Positions 24,101-34,900 of a DNA stretch of 64,000 nt are shown piece by piece. Positions within the stretch are counted from its first letter, which is position 1, and each line of letters starts with the position of its first letter. Source of the DNA: Eledone cirrhosa (taxonomy: Eukaryota). Under the pieces are notes generated by a model. It had not been told where the DNA came from. It did no database searches and saw only the letters and a list, made by a program, of their open reading frames with translations. The translations under genes and the position numbers were made by a program. The stretch lies in the NCBI GenBank assembly GCA_964016885.1, contig OZ024755.1:35836001-35900000 (forward strand). The letters are read 5' to 3'.

Positions 24101-24596
24101 GTGCTACCGAGGGGCTCTACCCGTTCGAGACAAGCTCCACAGGCATGGGAGCCTGGGTAGAGATCCTTTGAATAAGATCTGTCCGAGATGCGTGCATGAT
24201 GACGAAACCGTTGCGCACGCATTCGTACACTGCCCAGGCATTGCTGACCTGTGGGGCTATGTGGAACGACTACTGTCGAGGGTGGGACCAATCCGGTTGA
24301 CCACCGAGTCCATTGTCACGATCAAACCGCCTCCCCCTTTCAAAAACGAAGGAGAGGCGGTTTTTCTCTGTGTGGTAGCCATGGCTAAAGAAGTTGTATG
24401 GTGGACGAGGCTGAAAGGGCTGAGGTCAGACACCTTTCTCTCCGGCCAACAACTGGTCCCCTTTTTCAAATACCATTTTAAAAGAAGGATCAGAATGGAG
24501 AGAGAGGTGCTCTACCCCAGCAAGTTTTATGAAAGGTGGGTGAAAGTAGGGAGAATGGCCAGAGTGAATGGGTCTTCTCTCTATATCAGCCTGTAG
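21159..24596 (+). CDS. LINE ORF2 (APE-RT-CCHC), copy 2
   Basis: 1145 aa; four amino-acid differences from copy 1 (K/R, L/M, D/E, G/R). Confidence 0.97.
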   Translation: MADIRVGFLNVRGLGLSWKQGKLLNDLRSHRMDVMAICESRISSEHQLAPLFDDFEIFASLCQPGGGGGVVVLLRKHLGLAIQKVHLDPEGRLVVLDVGSSESGALRLIAVYAPFWAARPEYFQRLETFLGTSRSLLLVGDWNGILDARWDYVGACANRGGCKSLKRLIGRFDLADRYRLDFPTVPLWTWTNRSGTSRSYLDRVLVRENDRDTFSCPKMFMVDYSDHKLVTCIANLDRTHRQGPGYWKLNLSLPRSKAYSKRISTLVKQNLTGAIVNNRWWSSLKRAIRIESIGFSQELARDRNKTERELVDRVEEAIRSGNVAGVLASRMALDQFFEVKHEGCVVRSKIRALGNEGAKAVSWARVTEAKSGNKSTIRSLKDQDGRVILEPGQMCAAFQRHFARLFERGGAPGETMDFNPYLDGLPRLSDAEAKSCERTISAAEIGAALSQCGKRKSPGLDGLPYELYVAMPDLFSDILEAVYCNWQQNGRIPSSVTKGVVTLVRKDENKGDDISNFRPITLLNTELKILAKVLAKRLALVVGNLVGEAQTCAIPSRSIHDNLHLMRYIIERVGNEPGFGGALINLDQSKAFDRVDHRYLDAVLAAAGFGPVFRGWIAAMHSSNVCSRVKVNGHLSEPFQIMRSIRQGCPLSSLLYVLALEPLLRKLERLQGIPLEPGLQKAASAYADDVTVMVSKTSQIGEIGTLLEEYERFTGAKLNRDKSVGLQLGTWRGKPMPSNDVVGRWTEGPVKLLGVWFGPDLQVERNWNEVTARVFALTQKWAQCKLSLKGRAEVANTYIASVIYYRLTVVPCPVKRLAKMECALFQFLWNKRTPMVRRSICCQHPSKGGLGMPWLQMRKHALRLRHLQVFLTGQPVWAPFVRRAFPRLVSLTELQSWVKQRPRKVGDWHIECAQALTALWKADPAISGDSTSTFYRGLVRSRCDDALGEALGMEEEELASLFGRTFGPGPMDNFQKSLAWQCYRGALPVRDKLHRHGSLGRDPLNKICPRCVHDDETVAHAFVHCPGIADLWGYVERLLSRVGPIRLTTESIVTIKPPPPFKNEGEAVFLCVVAMAKEVVWWTRLKGLRSDTFLSGQQLVPFFKYHFKRRIRMEREVLYPSKFYERWVKVGRMARVNGSSLYISL

Positions 24597-24833
24597 GTGA
24601 AAGAAGAGGAAAAAGCGGAGACGAGGGAAGCACCTACTCTTTGTGCTCCTGAGGAGAAGGGTTACACATTTTTTCCGGGGTGTGTGCGACCCATGTTAAT
24701 GCCCCCTCCCTATTGAGGACTTCGTTTGTTGTTGTTATTTCATTGTTATATTTTTGTACTCGTTAATTATATGTAAACTTCCCCCCTTGTATCTGTCCCT
24801 ACCTTTTGTGCCCTAGTGGCAAATAAAGAAACC

Positions 24834-26252
24834 ACTCTATATATACTATTGTATTTTCACAGTAAAGGCTTTACCTCACATAATACCTCACATAACATTT
24901 ACATTACTCTATATATACTATTGTATTTTCACAGTAAAGGCTTTACCTCACATAATATCTCACATAACATTTACATTACTCTATATATACTATTGTATTT
25001 TCACAGTAAAGGCTTTACCTCACATAACATTTACATTACTCTATATATACTATTGTATTTTCACAGTAAAGGCTTTACCTCACATAATACCTCACATAAC
25101 ATTTACATTACTCTATATATACTATTGTATTTTCACAGTAAAGGCTTTACCTCACATAATATCTCACATAACATTTACATTACTCTATATATACTATTGT
25201 ATTTTCACAGTAAAGGCTTTACCTCACATAACATTTACATTACTCTATATATACTATTGTATTTTCACAGTAAAGGCTTTACCTCACATAATATCTCACA
25301 TAACATTTACATTACTCTATATATACTATTGTATTTTCACAGTAAAGGCTTTACCTCACATAATATCTCACATAACATTTACATTACTCTCTATATACTA
25401 TTGTATTTTCACAGTAAAGGCTTTACCTCACATAATACCTCACATAACATTTACATTACTCTATATATACTATTGTATTTTCACAGTAAAGGCTTTACCT
25501 CACATAATATCTCACATAACATTTACATTACTCTATATATACTATTGTATTTTCACAGTAAAGGCTTTACCTCACATAATACCTCACATAACATTTACAT
25601 TACTCTATATATACTATTGTATTTTCACAGTAAAGGCTTTACCTCACATAATACCTCACATAACATTTACATTACTATATATATACTATTGTATTTTCAC
25701 AGTAAAGGCTTTACCTCACATAATATCTCATATAACATTTACATTACTCTATATATACTATTGTATTTTCACAGTAAAGGCTTTACCTCACATAATACCT
25801 CACATAACATTTACATTACTCTATATATACTATTGTATTTTCACAGTAAAGGCTTTACCTCACATAATACCTCACATAACATTTACATACTCTATATATA
25901 CTATTGTATTTTTATGGTAAAGGCTTTACCTCACATAATATCTCACATAACATTTACATTACTCTATATATACTATTGTATTTTCACAGTAAAGGCTTTA
26001 CCTCACATAACATTTACATTACTCTATATATACCATTGTATTTTCACAGTAAAGGCTTTACCTCACATAACATTTACATTACTCTATATATACTATTGTA
26101 TTTTCACAGTAAAGGCTTTACCTCACATAATATCTCACATAACATTTACATTACTCTATATATACTATTGTATTTTCACAGTAAAGGCTTTACCTCACAT
26201 AATATCTCACATAACATTTACATTACTCTATATATACTATTGTATTTTCACA
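24834..26252 (+). repeat. 72-bp minisatellite, block 3, including 60-bp short units
   Basis: Some units lack the 12-bp CATAATATCTCA sub-repeat; no second MITE terminus seen. Confidence 0.93.
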
Positions 26253-26356
26253 TACTATTTACTATTATATTTTCATGGCTATTTCAAATGTATTTCCCCT
26301 GCTATCTTCTGGGGCAACACTATCCATTCTGTCTGCTAGGCTCTAACTTGTATAAG

Positions 26357-26551
26357 GGCGGAGGATTGACAGTATCGGTAGAGGGTTGGATGCCCCCCAT
26401 GCTTTGCAACATAGAGTTACGCCACTTTATGATCTGAGTTGAAATCGCGCTGAGGTTAACTTTGTCTTTCATCCTTACGGGATTGATAACATAAAGTACC
26501 AGTAATGTACTAGGATAATTGCTGGCCTTATGCCAAAAGTAGAAACAATTA
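26357..26551 (+). mobile_element. ~190-bp tRNA-derived SINE
   Basis: Homologous to 8824-9012. Confidence 0.75.
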
Positions 26552-26650
26552 TTATCATTACTAGCAGAAAACCACCTTTGGGGCGGTTTTCTGCTAGCAT
26601 GTATAGTGTACATATTGATATTATACGCAAATATATATATATGTAGATAT

Positions 26651-27003
26651 GGAGGCACATGGCTTAGTGGTTAGAGCATTGGCCTTGCAATCGAAAGGTT
26701 GTGAGTTCAATTCTCAGACCGGGTGATGTGTTGTATCCTTGAGCAAGACACTTTATTTCACATTGCTCCAGTTTACTCAGCTGTAGAAATGAGATGATAA
26801 GGACTGGGGTCCCTATCATTCCACTGCAAAGTGGACGTGTAGACGCCACGGCAAAAAAGCACCCAGCACTCACTGTAAATGAGGTTGGTGTTAGGAAGGG
26901 CATCCAGCTGTAGAAATCAAGCCAAGATCAGTTCCCGTCTCACCCTTGCAAGCAGGGAAAAAGCGGACGTAAAATGAAATGATGATGAAATGATGATGAT
27001 GAT
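26651..27003 (+). mobile_element. CORE-type SINE with RTE tail
   Basis: GGAGGCACATGGCTTAGTGG start, B box, central core, (GAT)n end. Confidence 0.85.
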
Positions 27004-27233
27004 ATGTCAAATGAAATCATAATTTACAATATACACAGAAATTGAACGAAGTCTGTGTTACACTCTCTTCTGTAATCAGTAAAGTAATTCATGATACATT
27101 TAAAAAAGACGATATTATATATGAACTGCATTACGGCAAAATTTTAGGGAAACGAAAAAGAAGAAAATTAGTGACAGAAATATAAACCGTATATAACGAT
27201 GCAAATATATGAATGTTTATATAAGTGATGTAA

Positions 27234-27577
27234 TCATCATGATCATCATTACATTTTACGTCCGCTTTTTCCCTGCTTGCAAGGGTGGGATGGGAACTGA
27301 TTCTGGCTTGATTTCTACAGCTGGATGCCCTTCCTAACACCAACTTCATTTACAGTGAGTGCTGGGTGCTTTTTTGTCGTGGCACCTCCACTACCACTTT
27401 ACAGTGGAATGATAGGGACCTCAGTCCCTATCATCTCATTTCTACAGCTGAGTAAACTGGAGCAATGTGAAATAAAGTGTCTTGTTCAAGTAAACAACAC
27501 ATCACCCGGTCTGAGAATTGAACTCACAACCTTTCGATTGCAAGGCCAATGCTCTAACCACTAAGCCATGTGCCTCC
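27234..27577 (-). mobile_element. CORE-type SINE with RTE tail, inverted
   Basis: Reverse-complement homology to 26651-27003. Confidence 0.85.
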
Positions 27578-27730
27578 AGAAATCTAATGAGTGTTATAAT
27601 ATAACGGGCACTAACCGGAAGCGTTGACATTTGAAAATTTTAAAGACGTGAATCTTAAAATAAGCAATACTTTATATATAAGAATATTTATGTTTAATCA
27701 AGAGCTACGAAATTTAGTAGATAAAATACA

Positions 27731-27917
27731 TAATTGTTTCTACTTTAGGCACAAGGCCAGCAATTACCCAGTACATTACTGGTACTTATTTTATCGACCC
27801 CGTAAGGATGAAGGGCAAAGTTTACCTCGGCGCGATTTGAACTCAGACTGTAAAAGGACATAACTATGCTAGAAAGCATGACGTCCGACCCTCTACCGAT
27901 ACTGCCAATCCACCGCC
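27731..27917 (-). mobile_element. ~190-bp tRNA-derived SINE
   Basis: Homologous to 9025-9211. Confidence 0.78.
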
Positions 27918-28042
27918 AAGTAGATAAATTACATAATATTCATTCACCCTTTATTCAAAGTAATCCAACTTATTTTACTAACGGGATAAAAAATTATAAA
28001 ATGGACGCTGTCCCACACTTCTCCCTTTATTATAGTATAGAA

Positions 28043-28233
28043 GGGTGGTGGATTGGTAGTATCGGTAGAGGGTAGGACGCCATGCTTTGTAGCATAGAGT
28101 TATGGCCCTTTATGATCTGAGTTCAAATCCCGCCGAGGTTAACTTTGCCTTTCATCCTTACGGGGTCGATAAAATAAAGTACCAGTAATGTACTGGGATA
28201 ATTGCTGGCATTGTGCCTAAAGTAGAAACAATT
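28043..28233 (+). mobile_element. ~190-bp tRNA-derived SINE
   Basis: Homologous to 8824-9012. Confidence 0.78.
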
Positions 28234-28356
28234 ATACTATAGATTAAGTATTTAATGGGAGTCATATTTTACTATAGCAATGTTTCAGTTCAAATATACT
28301 CTAAGTAGTGAAAATGTGTAGCAGAAATCTAATGAATGATTTATAAATCTGATGTG

Positions 28357-29330
28357 GGCCCCGTTTCTGAGATAGGCCTTCCTGCAAGTTGTCTTGCTGA
28401 CAGAGCTGCAGTCCTGAGTCAAGCGGAGACCGAAGAAAATGGACGCCTGGCACATAGAATGCGCTCAGGTGCTCACAGTCCTCTATCAAGCGGGCACAGC
28501 AATCAGTGGAGACTCCACTTCAACATTCTATAGAGGGTTAGTACGTTACAAGTGCGACAACGTGCTCAGAGAGACTCTGGTCGTCGAAGACGATGAGCTC
28601 ACCAGTCTGTTTGGTAGGACTTTCCGCCCGGGACCTATGAACAACTTCCAGAGGTCCCTGGTGTGGCAGTGCTTCCGAGGAGCTCTACAAGTTCGAGACA
28701 AGATCTACAGGCATGGACGCCCCTGCAGGGATGATTCAAAGAGGACGTGTCCAAGATGCGAGCAGGACATTGAAACCGTCTTGCACGCAATTGTACACTG
28801 CCCGGGTGTAACCGACCTGTGGAACTACACAGAACAACTGCTATCACATATGGGACAAATCCAGTTGACTGCCAAGTCCATTGTAAGGATCAAACTGCCA
28901 GCCTCTTTCAAAAACGAAAGAGAGGAGATACTCCTCTGTATAGTGGCGATGGTGTAAGAGGTTATATGGTGGACGAGATTGAGAGGACTGAGGACAGATG
29001 CCTTTCTCTCCGGACAACAATTGATTTCCTTCTTTAAGTATCACTTTAGAAGGAGAATCAGAGTGGAGAGAGAGGCACTGCACCCCAGTAAATTTACTGA
29101 AAGGACCAAGTGATTGGGCCTTCTCTGTATATAAACCTGTAGGTTGAAGATGAGAGCAAAAGGAAGAAAGGAGCACTTGCACAACACACTCCTGGAGTTG
29201 AGGGTTGTTCTAACGAGATTGTTAAATTTGCTTGTTTTAATAATATTTTTAGACGATTGTATGTAAAATCCGCGGCATGCGTCTTTGTATTGTCCCCTTT
29301 TCTTGTGCGCCCTTGTGGAAAATAAAGAAA
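28357..29330 (+). mobile_element. 5'-truncated, decayed relative of the Tx1-like LINE with 15-bp TSD
   Basis: WHIECAQVLT..ISGDSTSTFYRGLVR..CPRC aligns to the ORF2 C-terminus; stops and frameshifts; ends GTGGAAAATAAAGAAA; TATAAATCTGATGTG at 28342-28356 and 29333-29347. Confidence 0.92.
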
Positions 29331-30134
29331 TATATAAATCTGATGTGACAGCTCTAATATATTGGAAGGAAGGGAAATTTTGAGAAATTTACGAAATGAA
29401 AACTTATTTTTTCTGAAAGATAGGTGGAGATATAGTTAGTTAGTGTAAATTTTGAAGGATATATTTTTGTTTTATGATCTGAAAATATTTATATATGAGA
29501 TTTGACAGAGGCTGGTGAAATATGGGAAAGATTTAATATTTGAAACCAAAAAAAAAACCAAAAAACCAAAAACAAAAGAAAAAAGGGAAGAAAAAAATGC
29601 GACACCATTTTGGAACATTTATGGTGTTTTGTTCATTGGTAAGATGTTTCTAGAAAATCTCTTCTCTACTCCCATCTTATTGAAATATTGAAGAAGACCA
29701 GAAAATACTTCACATTAGACATAACAACAGAAAACTAACGGAATAATGAGATTACACACCAACAAGACAGAAGAAGAACCTAATATGGTAAACAATGACA
29801 ATGTAACATGTTACTTTTAGCTATTATCAAACCTGCTTTTATAAATCCCTTCAAATAAGCTTTACCGGGTGTGATATTTTAAAAGGTAGTATGTTGCTGT
29901 ATCAAACTCTTACTTAATGGAATCTCTTAGTTCTCTAACTTAGTATGGAGCTTTATCTATTGTGTGAAGGCTGCAGGAAAAGTCTGATATCTGCCGCCAT
30001 TTGTAGTCAGTGAGGAAAACTAATAATGCAGTATTACAAAAGACATACCTTCCCACACACACAGACTCAAACATACATCTAGTAGGCACCTCTTAAACAC
30101 TAGGCTCACACCCACTTCTGTCCACATCACCCTT

Positions 30135-31710
30135 ACACTGTGAACAAAACATATCCAGCATACACAGTAAAGTGGTCATGTAGGTGTCATGACAAAAAGC
30201 ACCCAGTCCACACTGTAAAGTGGTCGTGTAAGTGTCATGACAAAAAACACCCAGTCCACACTGTAAAGTGGTCGTGTAGGTGTCATGACAAAAAGCACCC
30301 AGCCCGAACTGTAAAGTGGTCATGTAGGTGTCATGACAAAAAACACCCAGCCCACACTGTAAGGTGGTCGTGTAGGTGTCACGACAAAAAGCACACAGTC
30401 CACACTGTAAAGTGGTCATGTAGCTGTCATGAGAAAAAGCACCCAGCCCACACTGTAAGGTGGTCGTGTAGGTGTCATGACAAAAAGCACCCAGTCCACA
30501 TTGTAAAGTGGTCATGTAGGTGTCATGACAAAAAGCACCTAGCCCGAACTGTAAAGTGGTCATATAGGTGTCATGACAAAAAACACCCAGCCCACACTGT
30601 AAGGTGGTCGTGTAGGTGTCATGACAAAAAGCACCCAGCCCACACGGTAAGGTGGTCGTGTAAGTGTCATGACAAAAAGCACCCAGTCCACATTGTAAAG
30701 TGGTCATGTAGGTGTCATGACAAAAAACACCCAGCCCACACTGTAAGGTGGTCGTGTAGGTGTCATGACAAAAAGCACCTAGCCCGAACTGTAAAGTGCT
30801 CATGTAGGTGTCATGACAAAAAGCACCCAGCCCACACTGTAAAGTGGTCATGTAGGTGTCATGACAAAAAGCACCCAGTCCACACTGTAAAGTGGTCATG
30901 TAGGTATCATGACAAAAAGCACCTAGCCCGAACTGTAAAGTGCTCATGTAGGTGTCATGACAAAAAGCACCGAGCCCACACTGTAAAGTGCTCATGTAGG
31001 TGTCATGACAAAAAGCACCCAGCCCACACTGTAAAGTGGTCGTGTAGGTGTCATGACAAAAAGCACCCAGCCCGAACTGTAAAGTGCTCATGTAGGTGTC
31101 ATGACAAAAAGCACCCAGCCCACACTGTAAAGTGGTCATGTAGGTGTCATGACAAAAAGCACCCAGTCCACACTGTAAAGTGGTCATGTAGGTGTCATGA
31201 GAAAAAGCACCTAGCCCGAACTGTAAAGTGGTCGTGTAGGTGTCATGATAAAAAGCACCCAGTCCACACTGTAAAGTCGTCATGTAGGTGTCATGACAAA
31301 AATCACCCAGCCCACACTGTAAAGTGGTGTGTAGGTGTCATGACAAAAAGCATTCAGTCCACATTGTAAAGTGGTTGTGTAGGTGTCATGACAAAAAGCA
31401 TCCAGTCCACACTGTAAAGTGGTTGTGTAGGTGTCACGACAAAGAGTACCCAGTCAACACTGTAAAGTGGTCATGTAGGTGTCATGACAAAAAGCATCCA
31501 GTCCACACTGTAAAGTGGTTGTGTAGGTGTCATGACAAAAAGCACCCAGTCCACACTGTAAAGTGGTTGTGTAGGTGTCATGACAAAAAGCACCCAGTCC
31601 ACACTGTAAAGTGGTTGTGTAGGTGTCATGACAAAAAGCACCCAGTCCACACTGTAAAGTGGTCATGTAGGTGTCATGACAAAAAGCACTCAGCACACAT
31701 TCTAAAGTGG
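30135..31710 (+). repeat. 48-bp minisatellite (about 33 units) running into an RTE/SINE tail (to about 31858)
   Basis: Unit CACACTGTAAAGTGGTCATGTAGGTGTCATGACAAAAAGCACCCAGTC; continues into GTGGTTGGCATTAAGAAGGGCATCCAGC and (GAT)n. Confidence 0.93.
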
Positions 31711-31940
31711 TTGGCATTAAGAAGGGCATCCAGCCATAGAAACCTAACTAGAAACAGTCCAGTGTGAGTAAGACCTAACTTGCCTCCAATGGGACAACCC
31801 ATCTATCCCATGCTAGGATGGAAAAATGGACGTTAAACGATGGTGATGATGATGATGATATTTAGGTGTGCATCAGTTATCATATTTTATATTGTTATAC
31901 CAGAAGATACGGTGAATTAGAAGAACTGTTAGAACATGAG

Positions 31941-34900
31941 TACTGGGTGCTTTTTGTTGTGACACCTACATGACCACATTACAGTGTGGACTAGACACTT
32001 TTTGCTGTACATGACACCACATTACAGTGTAGACTAGGCACTTTTTGCTGTACCTGACACCACTTTACAGTGTAGACTAGGCACTTTTTGCTGTACATGA
32101 CACCACATTACAGTGTGGACTGGGCACTTTTTGCTGTACATGACACCACATTACAGTGTGGACTAGGCACTTTTTGATGTACATGACACCACATTACAGT
32201 GTGGGCTGGGCACTTTTTGACATACATGACACCACATTACAGTGTGGACTGGGCACTTTTTGCTGTACCTGACACCACATTACAGTGTGGACTAGGCACT
32301 TTTTGATGTACATGACACCACATTACAGTGTGGGCTGGGCACTTTTTGACATACATGACACCACATTACAGTGTGGACTAGGCACTTTTTGCTGTACATG
32401 ACACCACATTACAGTGTGGACTGGGCACTTTTTGCTGTACATGACACCACATTACAGTGTGGACTAGGCACTTTTTGCTGTACATGACACCACTTTACAG
32501 TGTGGACTAGGCACTTTTTGCTGTACCTGACACCACATTACAGTGTGGACTAGGCACTTTTTGCTGTACATGACACCACATTACAGTGTGGACTGGGCAC
32601 TTTTTGCTGTACATGACACCACATTACAGTGTGGACTAGGCACTTTTTGCTGTACATGACACCACATTACAGTGTGGACTAGGCACTTTTTGCTGTACAT
32701 GACACCACATTACAGTGTGGACTAGGCACTTTTTGCTGTACATGACACCACTTTACAGTGCGGACTAGGCACTTTTTGCTGTACCTGACACCACATTACA
32801 GTGTGGACTAGGCACTTTTTGCTGTACATGACACCACATTACAGTGTGGACTAGGCACTTTTTGCTGTACCTGACACCACATTACACTGTGGACTAGGCA
32901 CTTTTTGCTGTACATGACACCACATTACAGTGTGGAGTAGGCACTTTTTGCTGTACATGACACCACATTACAGTGTGGACTAGGCACTTTTTGATGTACA
33001 TGACACCACGTTACAGTGTGGGCTGGGCACTTTTTGACATACATGACACCACATTACAGTGTGGACTAGGCACTTTTTGCTGTACATGACACCACACTAC
33101 AGTGTGGACTAGGCACTTTTTGCTGTACCTGACACCACTTTACAGTGTGGGCTGGGCACTTTTTCACATACATGACACCACATTACAGTGTGGACTAGGC
33201 ACTTTTTGCTGTACATGACACCACATTACAGTGTGGACTAGGCACTTTTTGCTGTACCTGACACCACTTTACAGTGTGGACTGGGCACTTTTTGACGTAC
33301 ATGACACCACATTACAGTGTGGACTGGGCACTTTTTGCTGTACATGACACCACATTACAGTGTGGACTGGGCACTTTTTGCTGTACATGACACCACATTA
33401 CAGTGTGGGCTGGGCACTTTTTGACGTACATGACACCACATTACAGTGTGGACTGGGCACTTTTTGCTGTACATGACACCACATTACAGTGTGGACTAGG
33501 CACTTTTTGACGTACATGACACCACATTACAGTGTGGACTGGGCACTTTTTGCTGTACATGACACCACATTACAGTGTGGACTGGGCACTTTTTGCTGTA
33601 CATGACACCACATTACAGTGTGGACTGGGCACTTTTTGCTGTACATGACACCACATTACAGTGTGGACTGGGCACTTTTTGCTGTACATGACACCACATT
33701 ACAGTGTGGGCTGGGCACTTTTTGACGTACATGACACCACATTACAGTGTGGACTGGGCACTTTTTGCTGTACATGACACCACATTACAGTGTGGACTAG
33801 GCACTTTTTGACGTACATGACACCACATTACAGTGTGGACTGGGCACTTTTTGCTGTACATGACACCACATTACAGTGTGGACTGGGCACTTTTTGCTGT
33901 ACATGACACCACATTACAGTGTGGACTGGGCACTTTTTGCTGTACATGACACCACATTACAGTGTGGGCTGGGCACTTTTTGCTGTACATGACACCACAT
34001 TACAGTGTGGACTAGGCACTTTTTGCTGTACATGACACCACATTACAGTGTGGACTGGGCACTTTTTGCTGTACATGACACCACATTACAGTGTGGACTA
34101 GGCACTTTTTGACGTACATGACACCACATTACAGTGTGGACTGGGCACTTTTTGCTGTACATGACACCACATTACAGTGTGGACTAGGCACTTTTTGCTG
34201 TACATGACACCACATTACAGTGTGGACTGGGCACTTTTTGCTGTATATGACACCACATTACAGTGTGGACTGGGCACTTTTTGCTGTACATGACACCACA
34301 TTACAGTGTGGACTAGACACTTTTTGACGTACATGACACCACATTACAGTGTAGACTAGGCACTTTTTGCTGTACATGACACCACATTACACTGTGGACT
34401 AGGCACTTTTTGCTGTACATGACACCACATTACAGTGTGGACTAGGCACTTTTTGACGTACATGACACCACATTACAGTGTGGACTAGGCACTTTTTGAC
34501 GTACATGACACCACATTACAGTGTGGACTGGGCACTTTTTGCTGTACATGACACCACATTACAGTGTGGACTAGGCACTTTTTGATGTACATGACACCAC
34601 ATTACAGTGTGGGCTGGGCACTTTTTGACATACATGACACCACATTACAGTGTGGACTAGGCACTTTTTGCTGTACATGACACCACATTACAGTGTGGAC
34701 TAGGCACTTTTTGCTGTACATGACACCACATTACAGTGTGGACTGGGCACTTTTTGCTGTACATGACACCACATTACAGTGTGGACTAGGCACTTTTTGC
34801 TGTACATGACACCACATTACAGTGTGGACTGGGCACTTTTTTGCTGTACATGACACCACATTACAGTGTGGACTGGGCACTTTTTGCTGTACCTGACACC

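Larger units (their letters stand above)
19190..24831 (+). mobile_element. Full-length Tx1/L1-group retrotransposon, copy 2
   Basis: Offset 6931 from copy 1; identical junctions; five substitutions found by eye. Confidence 0.95.

Noticed and set aside
26651-26725. tRNA-like sequence
   Set aside because: It is the head of a multi-copy SINE, continuing into core and tail; same for the other A/B-box hits
30093-31767. Cys/His-rich repetitive ORFs on both strands resembling zinc-finger or metallothionein repeats
   Set aside because: Translation of a 48-bp repeat derived from a retroposon 3' UTR; no C2H2 spacing or linkers
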